DNA of 64,000 bases from Octopus bimaculoides (lineage: Eukaryota), in assembly GCF_001194135.2 (NCBI RefSeq), contig NC_068981.1, forward strand, positions 128,673,422-128,737,421, in the 5' to 3' direction. Shown here one piece after another: positions 14,076 through 23,702 of this stretch. The position numbers were made by a program, and so were the translations under genes. The notes beneath the pieces were generated by a model. The model was not told the origin of the DNA and ran no database searches. It worked only from the letters and a program-made list of their open reading frames with translations. Every line of letters starts with the position of its first letter. Within the stretch, counting starts at the first letter, position 1.

Positions 14076-14540
14076 TCACTGCCTGGAATTCAACNNNNNN
14101 NNNNNNNNNNNNNNNNNNNNNNNNNNNNNNNNNNNNNNNNNNNNNNNNNNNNNNNNNNNNNNNNNNNNNNNNNNNNNNNNNNNNNNNNNNNNNNNNNNNN
14201 NNNNNNNNNNNNNNNNNNNNNNNNNNNNNNNNNNNNNNNNNNNNNNNNNNNNNNNNNNNNNNNNNNNNNNNNNNNNNNNNNNNNNNNNNNNNNNNNNNNN
14301 NNNNNNNNNNNNNNNNNNNNNNNNNNNNNNNNNNNNNNNNNNNNNNNNNNNNNNNNNNNNNNNNNNNNNNNNNNNNNNNNNNNNNNNNNNNNNNNNNNNN
14401 NNNNNNNNNNNNNNNNNNNNNNNNNNNNNNNNNNNNNNNNNNNNNNNNNNNNNNNNNNNNNNNNNNNNNNNNNNNNNNNNNNNNNNNNNAGAAATTTTGA
14501 ACCTAGGTTCTCATTCCTAAGGTATTTTTCGATGTTGTTG

Positions 14541-14576
<36 letters not shown>

Positions 14577-14634
14577 TCACTGCCTGGAATTCAACTCGGA
14601 ATCTTGGGGTTAAGAGTTCAATACCAGGCAGTGA

Positions 14635-14676
<42 letters not shown>

Positions 14677-17600
14677 CAACATCGAAAAATACCTTAGGAA
14701 CGAGAACCCAGGTTCGAAATTTCCCCAAGACACCTGATGAAGGCTGGATGGTATATCAGCCAAAACGTGTTAACAAACAAGATGAGGACAAATATCCATC
14801 AAATGTAAATAATGTACATAATTCCTCATCTCTTAAATATAGAACTGGTAAGCTGGGGAGCTGCACCAGGATCCAATCTGATTTGGCAAGGTTTCTACAT
14901 CTGGACGCTCTTCCTAGCACCAACCACTCTGAGAGTGTAGTGGGTGCTTTTTACGTGCCACCAACATGGATGCCATTGACCTGACACTGAGATCAGCCAC
15001 AACTACAGTCTCACTTGGCTTGAGAGGTCCACACAGCACAGTATATCACCAAAGGTCTCGGTCACCTATCACTGCCTCTGTGAGGCCCAATGCTCGAATG
15101 GTGCTTTTTATATGTCACTGGAACAGGTACCAATTAGACAGCACTGGCATCAGCCACAACTACGATTTTACTTGGCTTGACAGGTTTTCACAAGCACAAC
15201 ATATTGCCCAACATTTGAAGGGTGCTTTTAACAAGCCAGTTACATGACACTGGAATCAGCCATAACTACAATCTCACTTTGTTTGACGGGTCTTCTCAAG
15301 CACGGCATATTGCCAATGGTCTCAGTCACTCGTCATTGCCTCCATAAGGCCCAACATTCGGGGATCACGCTTCACCACCTCATCTTGTCTTCCTGAGTCT
15401 ACCTCTTTCACAGGTTTCCTCCACCGTTAGAGTGCAATACTTCTTCACGCAGCTATCCTCGTCCGTACACATCACATGTCCATACCAGCACCGTCATCTC
15501 TCTCTTGCACACCACATCTGATTCCTCTTATGCCCAACTTTTCTCTCAGGACGCTTACACTCTGTTGTGCATGCACACTAACATTACACATCCAGTGAAG
15601 CACAGAACCTTCGTTTCTTACAAGCCTACACATATCCTCAGCAGTCACAACCCATGTTTCACTGCCATGTAGCATGGCTGTTTGAACACAGGCATCATAC
15701 AGTCTGTCTTTCACTCAGAGCAAGAGGCAGAGATAGCTCTCTGAACTTTGCCCAACCTATTCGTATTCTAGCAGTTAGACTCTCAGAGCATCCACCCCCA
15801 CTACTGATCTGGTCACCTAGGTAATGAAAGCTATCAACTACTTCTAGTTTTTCTCCCTGGCATGTGATGGAATTTATTTTCTGTACGTTCTTAGTGTTAA
15901 TTGTACCTGTGCACCTTCCACACACAAAAACTATTTTCCTTGTTAACCTTCCTCTGTTATTGCTGCACCTCTTATGTGTCCATAGCTTACACCGGGTACA
16001 TTTTATGGAGTTTCTACCTATGCTTTTTCTACAGATCAAGCAAGGCCATCTACCTAAAGTGATTTGTGATTTGTCTGCCTTCCTACTTACTAAGACTTTG
16101 ATTTTTGCTAGGTTAACTGTAAAGCCCTTCGATTCTAGATCTTGCTTCCACACTTGAAACTTCTTCTCTAGTTCTGGTAGTGATTCAGGTATAAGAGTAA
16201 GGTCATCAGCATAGAGGAGCTCCCAAGTGCAACCTGTCTTGAATTTCTCTGTTATNNNNNNNNNNGGGGGGGGGGTGTATTTCCTGTGAGAAACTTTTTT
16301 GCCACAAGATTGTCTGGCTGCAAAGGAAAGTAAATTTAAGTGAATACTGATTGCAACCTCTGAAGAAATACACCATGCCAGTTTTTACACATGTTTTTCC
16401 TGTAGTATCAGCTTTCTCCAGGTTTATTCTTATCTTTTTCTCCAAAGATCAACTAATTTTCCTCTTGGTATTAGATCTTAGGTTTCTTAAAAACCACTCC
16501 AGCAAGCACATCATCATTATCATTATCATTGTTTTAATGTTCAATTTTCCATGCTTGCATGGACTGGACAGGATCTGTTGAGATGGATTTTCCTTGGCTG
16601 GATGCCTTTCTTATTGCCAATCCCTACCCTTTTCCAAGTGAGGTGATATTTTCCCAAAACCAGATGTTTTCATGGAAGACTGGAAACAGAAGACACCACG
16701 TGCATAGCAGCAAAACTCATTTACAACTACAGTGGCGACTCATAGATAAAATTGGTGGGGGTGCTACATCAGAAAATTTTTAGCTGTTGTTTTAATATTA
16801 TGTAAAAGGAAACAAACATATAAAAAGAAAATTTATGCATAAACTTGATCGGTTCATGTTTTAGCCACTGACGGGTAGGGTGTTTAATTTTTTCACTGAA
16901 CACTGCCACAAATTCCCTCTTGTTTTTCAAAAATCCTCCCTAAATCACAAAATAAGGGGAGGAAATGTGCCTATTGTTCAAATCCTGGCAGCAACACTGA
17001 AGCTGGAAGCAGGATAATAATCTAATCCTACACTTTATCACTTTCAAGCATATAAACACGTTTTTAACCACAACACACACGGAATTAAAAAGAAACACTA
17101 CCTTTCACCCAGCACTGTCGTTCATGCAGTGCTGTCTCTCCCTTGTGTAAAGCTTCCTATCCTGGACATGTGAGCATGCATACAACAGCCAAACACTGTG
17201 TCGCTGGAACTGCGAAGCACACAGTTCTATACAAGGATTTTTGTATTTTTTCGTAAACTAGGGGATGGCTACTGACATTAAACTTAAGGATTATATAATG
17301 TACAAGTATAAAGAAAGAATTAAAGAAAAAAAGGACTCATTATGTTGAATGTTATCAATAGTATCGACTAGAAATAGGGGGTGCTGCAGTTCAGAAGTTC
17401 CTATACACAAGTCACCACTGTACGACTGCCAAATGATGTCAAGACTAGGAGACAGCAATGCACACACACAGACACACATACACATGAACAGTATGAATGA
17501 AGACAGTTGCATCAAGAAGTGCCAATCTCTAATTGTGGAGGAAATGTGGAAGGGACAGACCCAGAAAGACGTGAAACAAAGTGGTGAGAATGGACCTTCA

Positions 17601-20600
17601 GACATTGGACCACACAGAGGGGCTGACAAGGGACTGAGACTTGGCAGTTTGCTGTGCTTGATATCATGGTTGACCTTGCATACAGATATGTCCACTGCAT
17701 CCCTCTCCAGCTGAGCATTCCTAATCTTGTTGGTTCATGGGTGCTGGTGCCACATAAAAAACACTTTTACCAGTGTCACATAAATGCACTCATGCTGCAT
17801 TTGGCATTAGAAAAGGAATCCAGCTGTAGAAACCATGCCAAAACAGTCATGGAGCCTGGGAAACTCTTCAACTGGCCAGCTCCTGTCAAACCATCTAACC
17901 CATTTCAGCATGGAAAACAGATGTTAAATGATGATGAACAGACAGCTTCTTTCAGTTTCTGTCTATCAAATCCACTCACAAGGCTTTGGTCAACCTGGGT
18001 CTATAGCAGAAGACACTTGCCCAGACTCCCATGCAGTGGGGACTGAACCTGAAGCCACGTCATCGGGAAGCAAACTTCTTACCACACAACCACACCACTC
18101 TATACATAATTTTTATTATAACCAAATCACACATTACTAAGATACAAGCAATTAGTGTGGTTTATTAAAAATTAAAAACATGACTTTCTACAGCATACAA
18201 AATATAAAATACTTAAATTAAAATACTTAAATTAAGGAAAATGAGATTAGGGCTTCATTAACTCAATGAATATATTATGAAATAATTGGTGTTCTTGTTG
18301 ATTTAGTTCTATCTAATAGGTATCCTTTCACTGACCTACCAACTTTAGTAGAAGATAGTAAACTCTGCAATTTGTCAGTTGGTCAGTTTATTGGCTAATT
18401 ATGGATTTGGTTATAAATGTCAACAAACTTCATATGACTGAAAAGAAAATCTAACCTTTTCTGCAATTTCTCTCTCCACTAAAATATTTCTACAGCTGAC
18501 TTGAAGTATGTTAGTCATCAAATCCAGAGTTATTGAGTGGTTGCTGGTCAATACATTCTGGTATTTTACTTTGAAAATAGACATTTGTAGATATTTGATA
18601 CCTTAATGATTGGAAGGGATCTAAGCACTGTGCTTAATGTTATTTTCATGTCCGAGGAAGAAGGCCATTGTTGTAGCTCATAAACAGCCTTTTTGAATTT
18701 GGAACCTGGAGAGAATGATTGAAATTGATAAGACTAAGGATAAAGTTTGAATTTGGAGTCTGTGAATTGAGTGAGTAGTACAGAGAGCTGGGAATGGTTT
18801 ATGAAAGCCAAAAGTATATGTGGTTCTTTCTTAAAATAGTGTATTATGAATTGAAAACTATGAACTGCTCAGATATAGAACTTAATGAAAAGTAGAAAAA
18901 TAAACTCTGTTATATAGGTGATAATAATTTATATTGACTGTGACTCCAGTGATAGCATGGATCCTTGGAATGTAATCTTTGATGTGGGTTTTCAGCACAT
19001 GAGGAGCCAGGCAAATTCAGTGGGGGACTTCATGAAGAGTCGATATTGTATGCAACAAGTAAATAAAGGGATAAGTTAATTACATCAACCCCAAAAGGAT
19101 GAAAGGCAAAGTCAATCATGGCAGAATTTGAACTCAGAACATAAAGATGAACAAAATGCCACTAAGCATTTTACCTTGTGTGCTAATGTTTCTGCCTTGG
19201 CTCTAATTATTATTAGAGTATTTAAAACTTCTGGGTCAGCAGAGGTACTGAGTTCTATAATTTCTTCAATCTTTATTTAATTTCATTTTACTCTTTCTGT
19301 ATTTTTTATTATATTTAGTTATTTCCTTTTACGCAAATAGTTTCTTATTTTTCTTTTATTAAGTGGTATTTTTTAAAAGACTATTTAAGTTATGGACATT
19401 ACTTTTTAAATTGTCCAACCTTCTTTCAGTTCTTCATCTTTAACATTCTCGTGTGTGTGTGCACACACATGCACTTTGGTATTATAATTGATAGCTGAGT
19501 GGAATAGCTATGTATCTTTCTATCATGTGTAGCAAGAATATTTTTTTATGCTGGGAATAGTTTACAAAAGCTAAGAGTATGTGTGGTCCTTACTTGAAAT
19601 ATGAATTATGAATTAAAAACTATGAACTGCTCAGATAGAGAACTTAATGAAAGTAGAATATAAACTCTGTTATATAGGTGATAATTTATGTCGAATGTGG
19701 ATCTGGTGATAGCATGATGATTATCCAAAATGGCAACCAAAATACAACACTATGGAAGACTAGGTTTATAAACTTATGAGATAGAGTTTCATATTCCCCC
19801 TAAGTAACTATAGAATGTCTTAACCCTTTAGCATTCAAACCAGCCTTATCTGGCCCAAATATTCTACTTTATGTTCAAACTGTTCACATTTGGCTTCTCA
19901 CACATACCTTACAATGTTATTCTAAAACTAAACAATCACATCATCATAATCTTGAAGCTTCAAGATAAAGCATGATTAATTCAAAATAATGTAAATGAAT
20001 AAGTATTGCATTTGACAATAATCTGAATGCTAATGGATTAAACATTTACATAGAATGATATCAAGATGAGCAACTAGAAATTTGGGTATATACAGGGTGT
20101 CCCAAAAGTCACTGATGGGTTTCAATTTTTAATACCTTCCTTAAATTTACAAATAAATGCATGAAATTTTGATACAATATAAAGGACATAATGGAAATTA
20201 ATATGCACAAGTCAAATTTTGTAACACTACTACATCACATGTGAAAAATGACATCGCATAAATGTCAGCCATTTTCAGCTTTGCATGCCCATACTCTTTA
20301 TAAAATTTTGCACCATAACACCCTCAAGAGTTTCAAACCCCACTTCTCTATTTTCTTTATTGATGTTCGCCTTCAGTTGCACCAGGGTCTTCAGTTTGTT
20401 GACATAAACCTTCTCTTCCAGGTATCCATGATTGAGACCTTTTTGCACCCAGCCAGTCAAAAGTAGACCTCACACATGGTTCCAGTAAGATGGAGCAACT
20501 GCTCATACCACAAGAGAAACAATGCAGTTGCTACAGCAGTGCTTTGGAGAAAGAATAATCTCCTGCTATGGCAATGTCAACTGGCCTTCACATTCCCCAG

Positions 20601-23600
20601 ACTTGACTAACCCAGATTTTTTTCCTGTGGGGATACCTGGAAGAGATGGTTTACGTCACCAAATCAGAGACCTTGGAGAATATCGATAGAGAAATCAGAG
20701 AAGTGGGGTCTGAAACTCTTGAAGGTGTTATGGTGCAAATTTTGGAAAGAGCACGAGCATGTGAAGCTGAAAATGGCTGCCATTTAAGCAATGTCGTTTT
20801 TCACATGTGATGTAGTGGTGTTGCAAAATTTGACTTGTGCATATTAATTTCCATTATATCCTTTATATTGTATCAAAATTTCATGCATTTATTTGTAAAT
20901 TTAAGGAAGGTATTAAAAATTGAAACCCATCAGTGACTTTTGGGACACCCTGTATTAAGCTAAAATATTTGTGGTGGTAACTCTTTAAGGACAGTTATGC
21001 AAAACAGTCTTTCACAAAGTTTCTGCCTACCTCAAAGGATTAGATAGCTGAAGAATGACATGGTGTTGTGGATAACACAAAGTTGTGTAGTGTTGTGGAT
21101 GATACAGCGTCACTATAAAATGCCGTATTTACCAGATGCTTGTCCAAACAGTTCTTTTCTATGGTAGTGAGACCTGACAAATGCATGTTGCTGGTCTACA
21201 GAAGTGGGAGGTCTTTGACTGCTTCTGTATTCATCATCTTCTCTGACCATGTATCTCACACTGCATTTTGAACCAACAACTTTATGCTCACTGCAATCTC
21301 TCACCTCCTAAGGGAACTCTTCCGACAAGGGGACTACAGTGGTTTGGTCACACATTGTGGTTTCTCCATATTGAAATCATCCAGAAGGCAATAGCACCAA
21401 ATCCTCCCTTGGGTTGGCATAAGTGGAGAGATGGTCAGCTGTAGACATGGCTCACAACAGTCAAAACAGATATGGAGCTCACTTCTGGTCCTCAAGTCTT
21501 TGACATTCATTGCTGGAACTGGAAATGGCTTCAACACACTGCAAAATTGGCTGCCGACAGACATGCACGGATTGTTTTGACCCATGGCACTGAATGCAAT
21601 AGGAGCCAGCTTAACCCCTCCCGGCTAAATGCCGTTACAAGACAAGAAGAGAAAATATGAGGTTGGGATAGGCCAAAGAAGGTTTAAAAGAGGATAGCTA
21701 GAGTAATGCTTTAAGAGATTAAATATCTAAGATAAATTATTATGACGACCTTCAAACATTAGGCCTCACTGAGGCAATGACTAGTGACCGAGACCTTTGG
21801 AAATATGCTGTGCGTGAGATGACCCGGCAAGCCAAATGAGACCATAACCCGTGGGCTTTGCCAGGGGTGTAGCCAGCCTACTTATGCGTACCTTTCCTTC
21901 ACTGGACACTAAACTCTGCTTGCGAAGACCTGTTGAGGCAAATGAAATTGAAATCAAACCAAATTCAACGACTGACACCCATGCCAACCTTTCCTTCATT
22001 GGACACTAAACTCTGCTTGTGAAGACCTGTTGGGGCAATCAAAATCAAAATTGAACCAAATTCGATGACTGGCACCTGTGCCAGTGGAGCACTAACAGCA
22101 CCATCCGAGCGTGATCATTGCCAGAGCAGCTGTCTGGCTTCCATGCCAGTGGCACATAAATAGCACCAATTGAGCGTGATCATTACCAGCGTCGCCTTAC
22201 TGGCACTTGTGCCAGTGGCACGTGAAAAAACATTCCAGCGAGGTCGTTGCCAGTGCCACTGGACTGGCTCCTGTGTAGGTGACACATAAAAAACACCATT
22301 TGAGCGTGGCCGTTGCTGGTACTGCCTGGCTGGCCCTTGTGCTGGTAGCATGTAAAAGCACTCACTACACTCTCGGAGTGGTTGGTGTTAGGAAGGGCAT
22401 CCAGCTGTAGAAACTCTGCCAGATCAGATTGGAGCCTGGTGCAGCCATCTGGTTCACCAATCCTCAGTCAAATCGTCCAACCCATGCTAGCATGGAAAGC
22501 AGACGTTAAACGATGATGATGATATTACTGATAGATGAGCAGTGTTTAGTTTTGATGCTATGATGTAGTACAGAATAAATCTAGATAGCCAATACTGTGT
22601 GCTTGAATTAAATTCAAGATTAATTTACAATGTTGGCAGAAATTTATTAGTTTATTCTGATGTACATCATAGCTTCAAATTATTGTTAATACAATAATCA
22701 TTTTTCAAACTATAAATCTCATTTCTAATGAGAAAACAATTATTGATATTTACATGAGATAAGGCATCAAGCTGGCAGAATTATTACACCAGATGAAATC
22801 GTTAGGGGTACTTTGTCTGTCTTTACAATCTGAGTTCAAATTCCACCAGGGTTGGATTTCCTTTCATCCTTTTGGGGTTGATAAAATATGTACTAGTTGA
22901 GTCCTGGATTCAGCATAATTGACTTACTCCTTCCCCCCAAACCGCTGGCCCTGCGCAAAAATTTGAAATTAATATTTAAAAGCACCCACTACACTCTCTG
23001 AGTGGTTGGCGTTAGGAAGGGCATCCAGCTGTAGAAACTCTGCCAAATCAGATTGGAGCCTGGTGTAGCCATCTGGTTTCACCAGTCCTCAGTCAAATCG
23101 TCCAACCCATGCTAGCATGGAAACCGGATGTTAAACGATGATGATGATGAAGGTGGTGAGCTGACAGAATCATTAGCACATTAGACAAAATGCTTAGTGG
23201 CATTACATCTGTCTTTAAGTTCTGAGTTCAAGCTTCATGGAGGTCGACTTTGCCTTTCATCCTTCCAGGGTTGATAAAAGAAGTACCAGTTGAACACTGG
23301 GTGGGGTGGGGTGTGATCAATTTACCCTCTCCCCTTGAAATTGCAGGCCTTGTACCAAAACTTGAAAGGAAAGATATATTACAAATATATCCAGTATACA
23401 TCAGCATGGAAAACCAAACATTACATTGATGATACTAAATCAATTTTATATTCAACTTGTAGCTTTTCTATAGACTAGCATTTCTTTTCTCTCCCTCCAA
23501 AGTTTACTTTTTTTCCTTGACTCTTCCTTGTTATACTCCAAGCTTACTGTACCAGCTAAAGTGGGGTTGGGTGCAGTATGTATCATTGCTGATTTTCTTC

Positions 23601-23702
23601 CTTGTAGTGGGTCATAACCTAAAGGTGTTCATCTTTAGCAACCAACTTGTGAATACAATCATAACAAGGCCTTACAGAGATACGGGGCTGAAACTTTCCT
23701 GA
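2336..23702 (+). CDS. TMEM231: TMEM231 (transmembrane protein 231, ciliary transition zone), 5'-partial, 5 exons joined: 2336-2464, 3658-3801, 10167-10248, 12200-12305, 23531-23702
   Basis: Spliced translation SIEEDVNEDEKLDNLQLTLEVPL...MNSMAYI...AYDLSNILKKYHERNVTT...NYPQQEFIYTPSLLYQLKWGWVQYVSLLIFF...FSNQLVNTI is colinear with the human TMEM231 C-terminal two-thirds as recalled. Exon sizes 129/144/82/106 keep the frame. Upstream exons were not found in the window. Confidence 0.93.
2797..3008. mobile_element. piggyBac-type MITE family A
   Basis: TTAA-CCCATTAGCATT ... AATCCTGAAGGG-TTAA; homologous copies at 19820, 25228, 62562. Confidence 0.7.
3658..3801 (+). CDS. TMEM231: TMEM231 internal exon (144 bp, phase 0/0)
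   Basis: tttgcag|AAGCAT...TTTAAC|gtaagt; KHGSLYMNSMAYIHHSSVIPGAKIDVYGTLETVQRIPLHYKGNDIRFN. Confidence 0.93.
3903..4075 (+). mobile_element. RTE-type 3' tail / SINE fragment
   Basis: gttaggaagggcatccaaccatagaaacc...acccattccaacatggaaaa...gatg tail shared with many copies in the window. Confidence 0.7.
5522..5893 (+). mobile_element. RTE LINE 3' UTR with ~64-bp hairpin-containing tandem units and (GAT)n tail
   Basis: Three units ending gtgccggtggcac, then the conserved tail; same order as 22150-22523, where it follows RTE ORF2. Confidence 0.8.
6029..6365 (+). mobile_element. RTE-clade LINE ORF2 fragment (post-RT region), cut by gap
   Basis: WAKFRELLPLL...KGRLYDACVRTAMLHGSETW...RRLRWFGHVVRM. 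Confidence 0.9.
6931..6972. repeat. (TA)n microsatellite at gap edge
   Basis: Direct reading. Confidence 0.95.
7010..8860 (+). mobile_element. Decayed CRE-like non-LTR retrotransposon (RT + Zn-knuckle + restriction-like endonuclease)
   Basis: GIQQGDLHSPLLF...WYLDDMTL (~7370-7480); LGLCVCEPHKC...SAGRFS(R)HATLNGIIRRGL; E-RKISKY; TSGALG; C-terminal SIA...GNA; many stops and frameshifts. Confidence 0.7.
10167..10248 (+). CDS. TMEM231: TMEM231 internal exon (82 bp)
   Basis: ttccag|ACATCC...AGAAATG|gtatgt; TSVIDSDSAFASAYDLSNILKKYHERN(V). Confidence 0.92.
11614..11867 (+). repeat. Tandem duplication, 2 x ~127 bp
   Basis: cttcacataatgctga... starts at 11614 and 11741 with high similarity throughout. 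Confidence 0.9.
12200..12305 (+). CDS. TMEM231: TMEM231 penultimate exon (106 bp), followed by U12-type donor
   Basis: tttccag|TGACC...GAATTTAT|gtatcctttt; (V)TTKLIEPYYVWTIGRGAKMPFIISVTINYPQQEF(I). Confidence 0.92.
12306..12315 (+). promoter_or_regulatory. U12-type (minor spliceosome) 5' splice site GTATCCTTTT
   Basis: Exact match to the RTATCCTT consensus at the exon end required by frame and homology. Confidence 0.9.
12608..13741 (-). mobile_element. Near full-length decayed mariner with TIRs
   Basis: TIRs gaggtgcattctagaatttttgaaactttt / aaaaagtctcaaaacttctggaatgcacctt; minus-strand YDPETKRQS, KLMMIPVF..KGII, VNKEYFVEVL. Confidence 0.85.
13811..16255 (-). mobile_element. 5'-truncated RTE LINE (RT C-half with YADD, 3' UTR, tail), interrupted by the Penelope-like insertion
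   Basis: Minus strand WELLYADDLTLI..ELEKKFQVWKQ, C-x-C-x-H Zn motif (KCTRCKLWTHKRC), FHYLGDQI, WAKFREL, MLHGSETW; conserved tail ending (gat)n at ~13811. Confidence 0.9.
13887..14842. mobile_element. Second palindromic Penelope-like insertion (tRNA-like part + (AAT)n + hammerhead-like tail), nested in an RTE tail
   Basis: Same sequence as the arms of 1090-2245; inversion loop 14598-14613; 15-bp TSD aactggtaagctggg at 13872-13886 and 14843-14857. Confidence 0.82.
17395..18095. mobile_element. RTE ORF2 end and tail (+) followed by a CORE-type SINE (-)
   Basis: MNEDSCIKKCQSL at ~17490-17530; tail 17790-17935; inverted SINE head 17940-18095. Confidence 0.7.
18786..19715 (+). repeat. Dispersed direct repeat, ~170 bp copies at 18786-18958 and 19548-19715
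   Basis: Shared core aaaactatgaactgctcagata-agaacttaatgaaa...taaactctgttatataggtgataat. Confidence 0.85.
19820..20041. mobile_element. piggyBac-type MITE family A
   Basis: TTAA-CCCTTTAGCATTC ... GAATGCTAATGGA-TTAA. Confidence 0.75.
20093..20952. mobile_element. Tc1/mariner DD41D (rosa-like) fold-back element with ~330-bp inverted arms
   Basis: TA-CAGGGTGTCCCAAAAGTCAC ... GTGACTTTTGGGACACCCTG-TA; internal WFQ*DGATAHT...WPSHSPDLTNPDFF(L)WGYL with 41 residues between the last two Asp. Confidence 0.88.
21110..21600 (+). mobile_element. Decayed RTE-like LINE ORF2 3' part (second family)
   Basis: KCRIYQMLVQTVLFYGSET*, RRGLQWFGH, TWLTTVKTDME..GPQVF, AADRHA. Confidence 0.65.
21750..22523 (+). mobile_element. 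RTE LINE C-terminus + repeat-containing 3' UTR + (GAT)n tail
   Basis: DLQTLGLTEAMTSDRDLWKYAVRE..RQAK-stop, duplicated ~105-bp segment, ~64-bp units, conserved tail. Confidence 0.82.
22760..23370 (+). mobile_element. Cluster of SINEs (tRNA-derived SINE, RTE tail, tRNA-derived SINE)
   Basis: ctgagttcaaattcc...ctttcatcctttggggttgataaaa core twice; RTE tail 22980-23148. Confidence 0.75.
23513..23521 (+). promoter_or_regulatory. U12-type branch site TTCCTTGAC
   Basis: Matches TTCCTTRAC. Branch A at 23520 lies 10 nt before the inferred acceptor. Confidence 0.85.
23531..23702 (+). CDS. TMEM231: TMEM231 last coding exon (start could alternatively be 23537 or 23543)
   Basis: YTPSLLYQLKWGWVQYVSLLIFFLVVGHNLKVFIFSNQLVNTIITRPYRDTGLKLS-stop matches the TMEM231 C-terminal TM segment. 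U12 branch site lies just upstream. Confidence 0.88.

Noticed and set aside
13989-14595. Identical 106-bp sequence on both sides of the 14095-14489 gap, looking like a tandem duplication
   Set aside because: An exact copy abutting both gap edges is typical of unmerged contig overlap; probably an assembly artefact.
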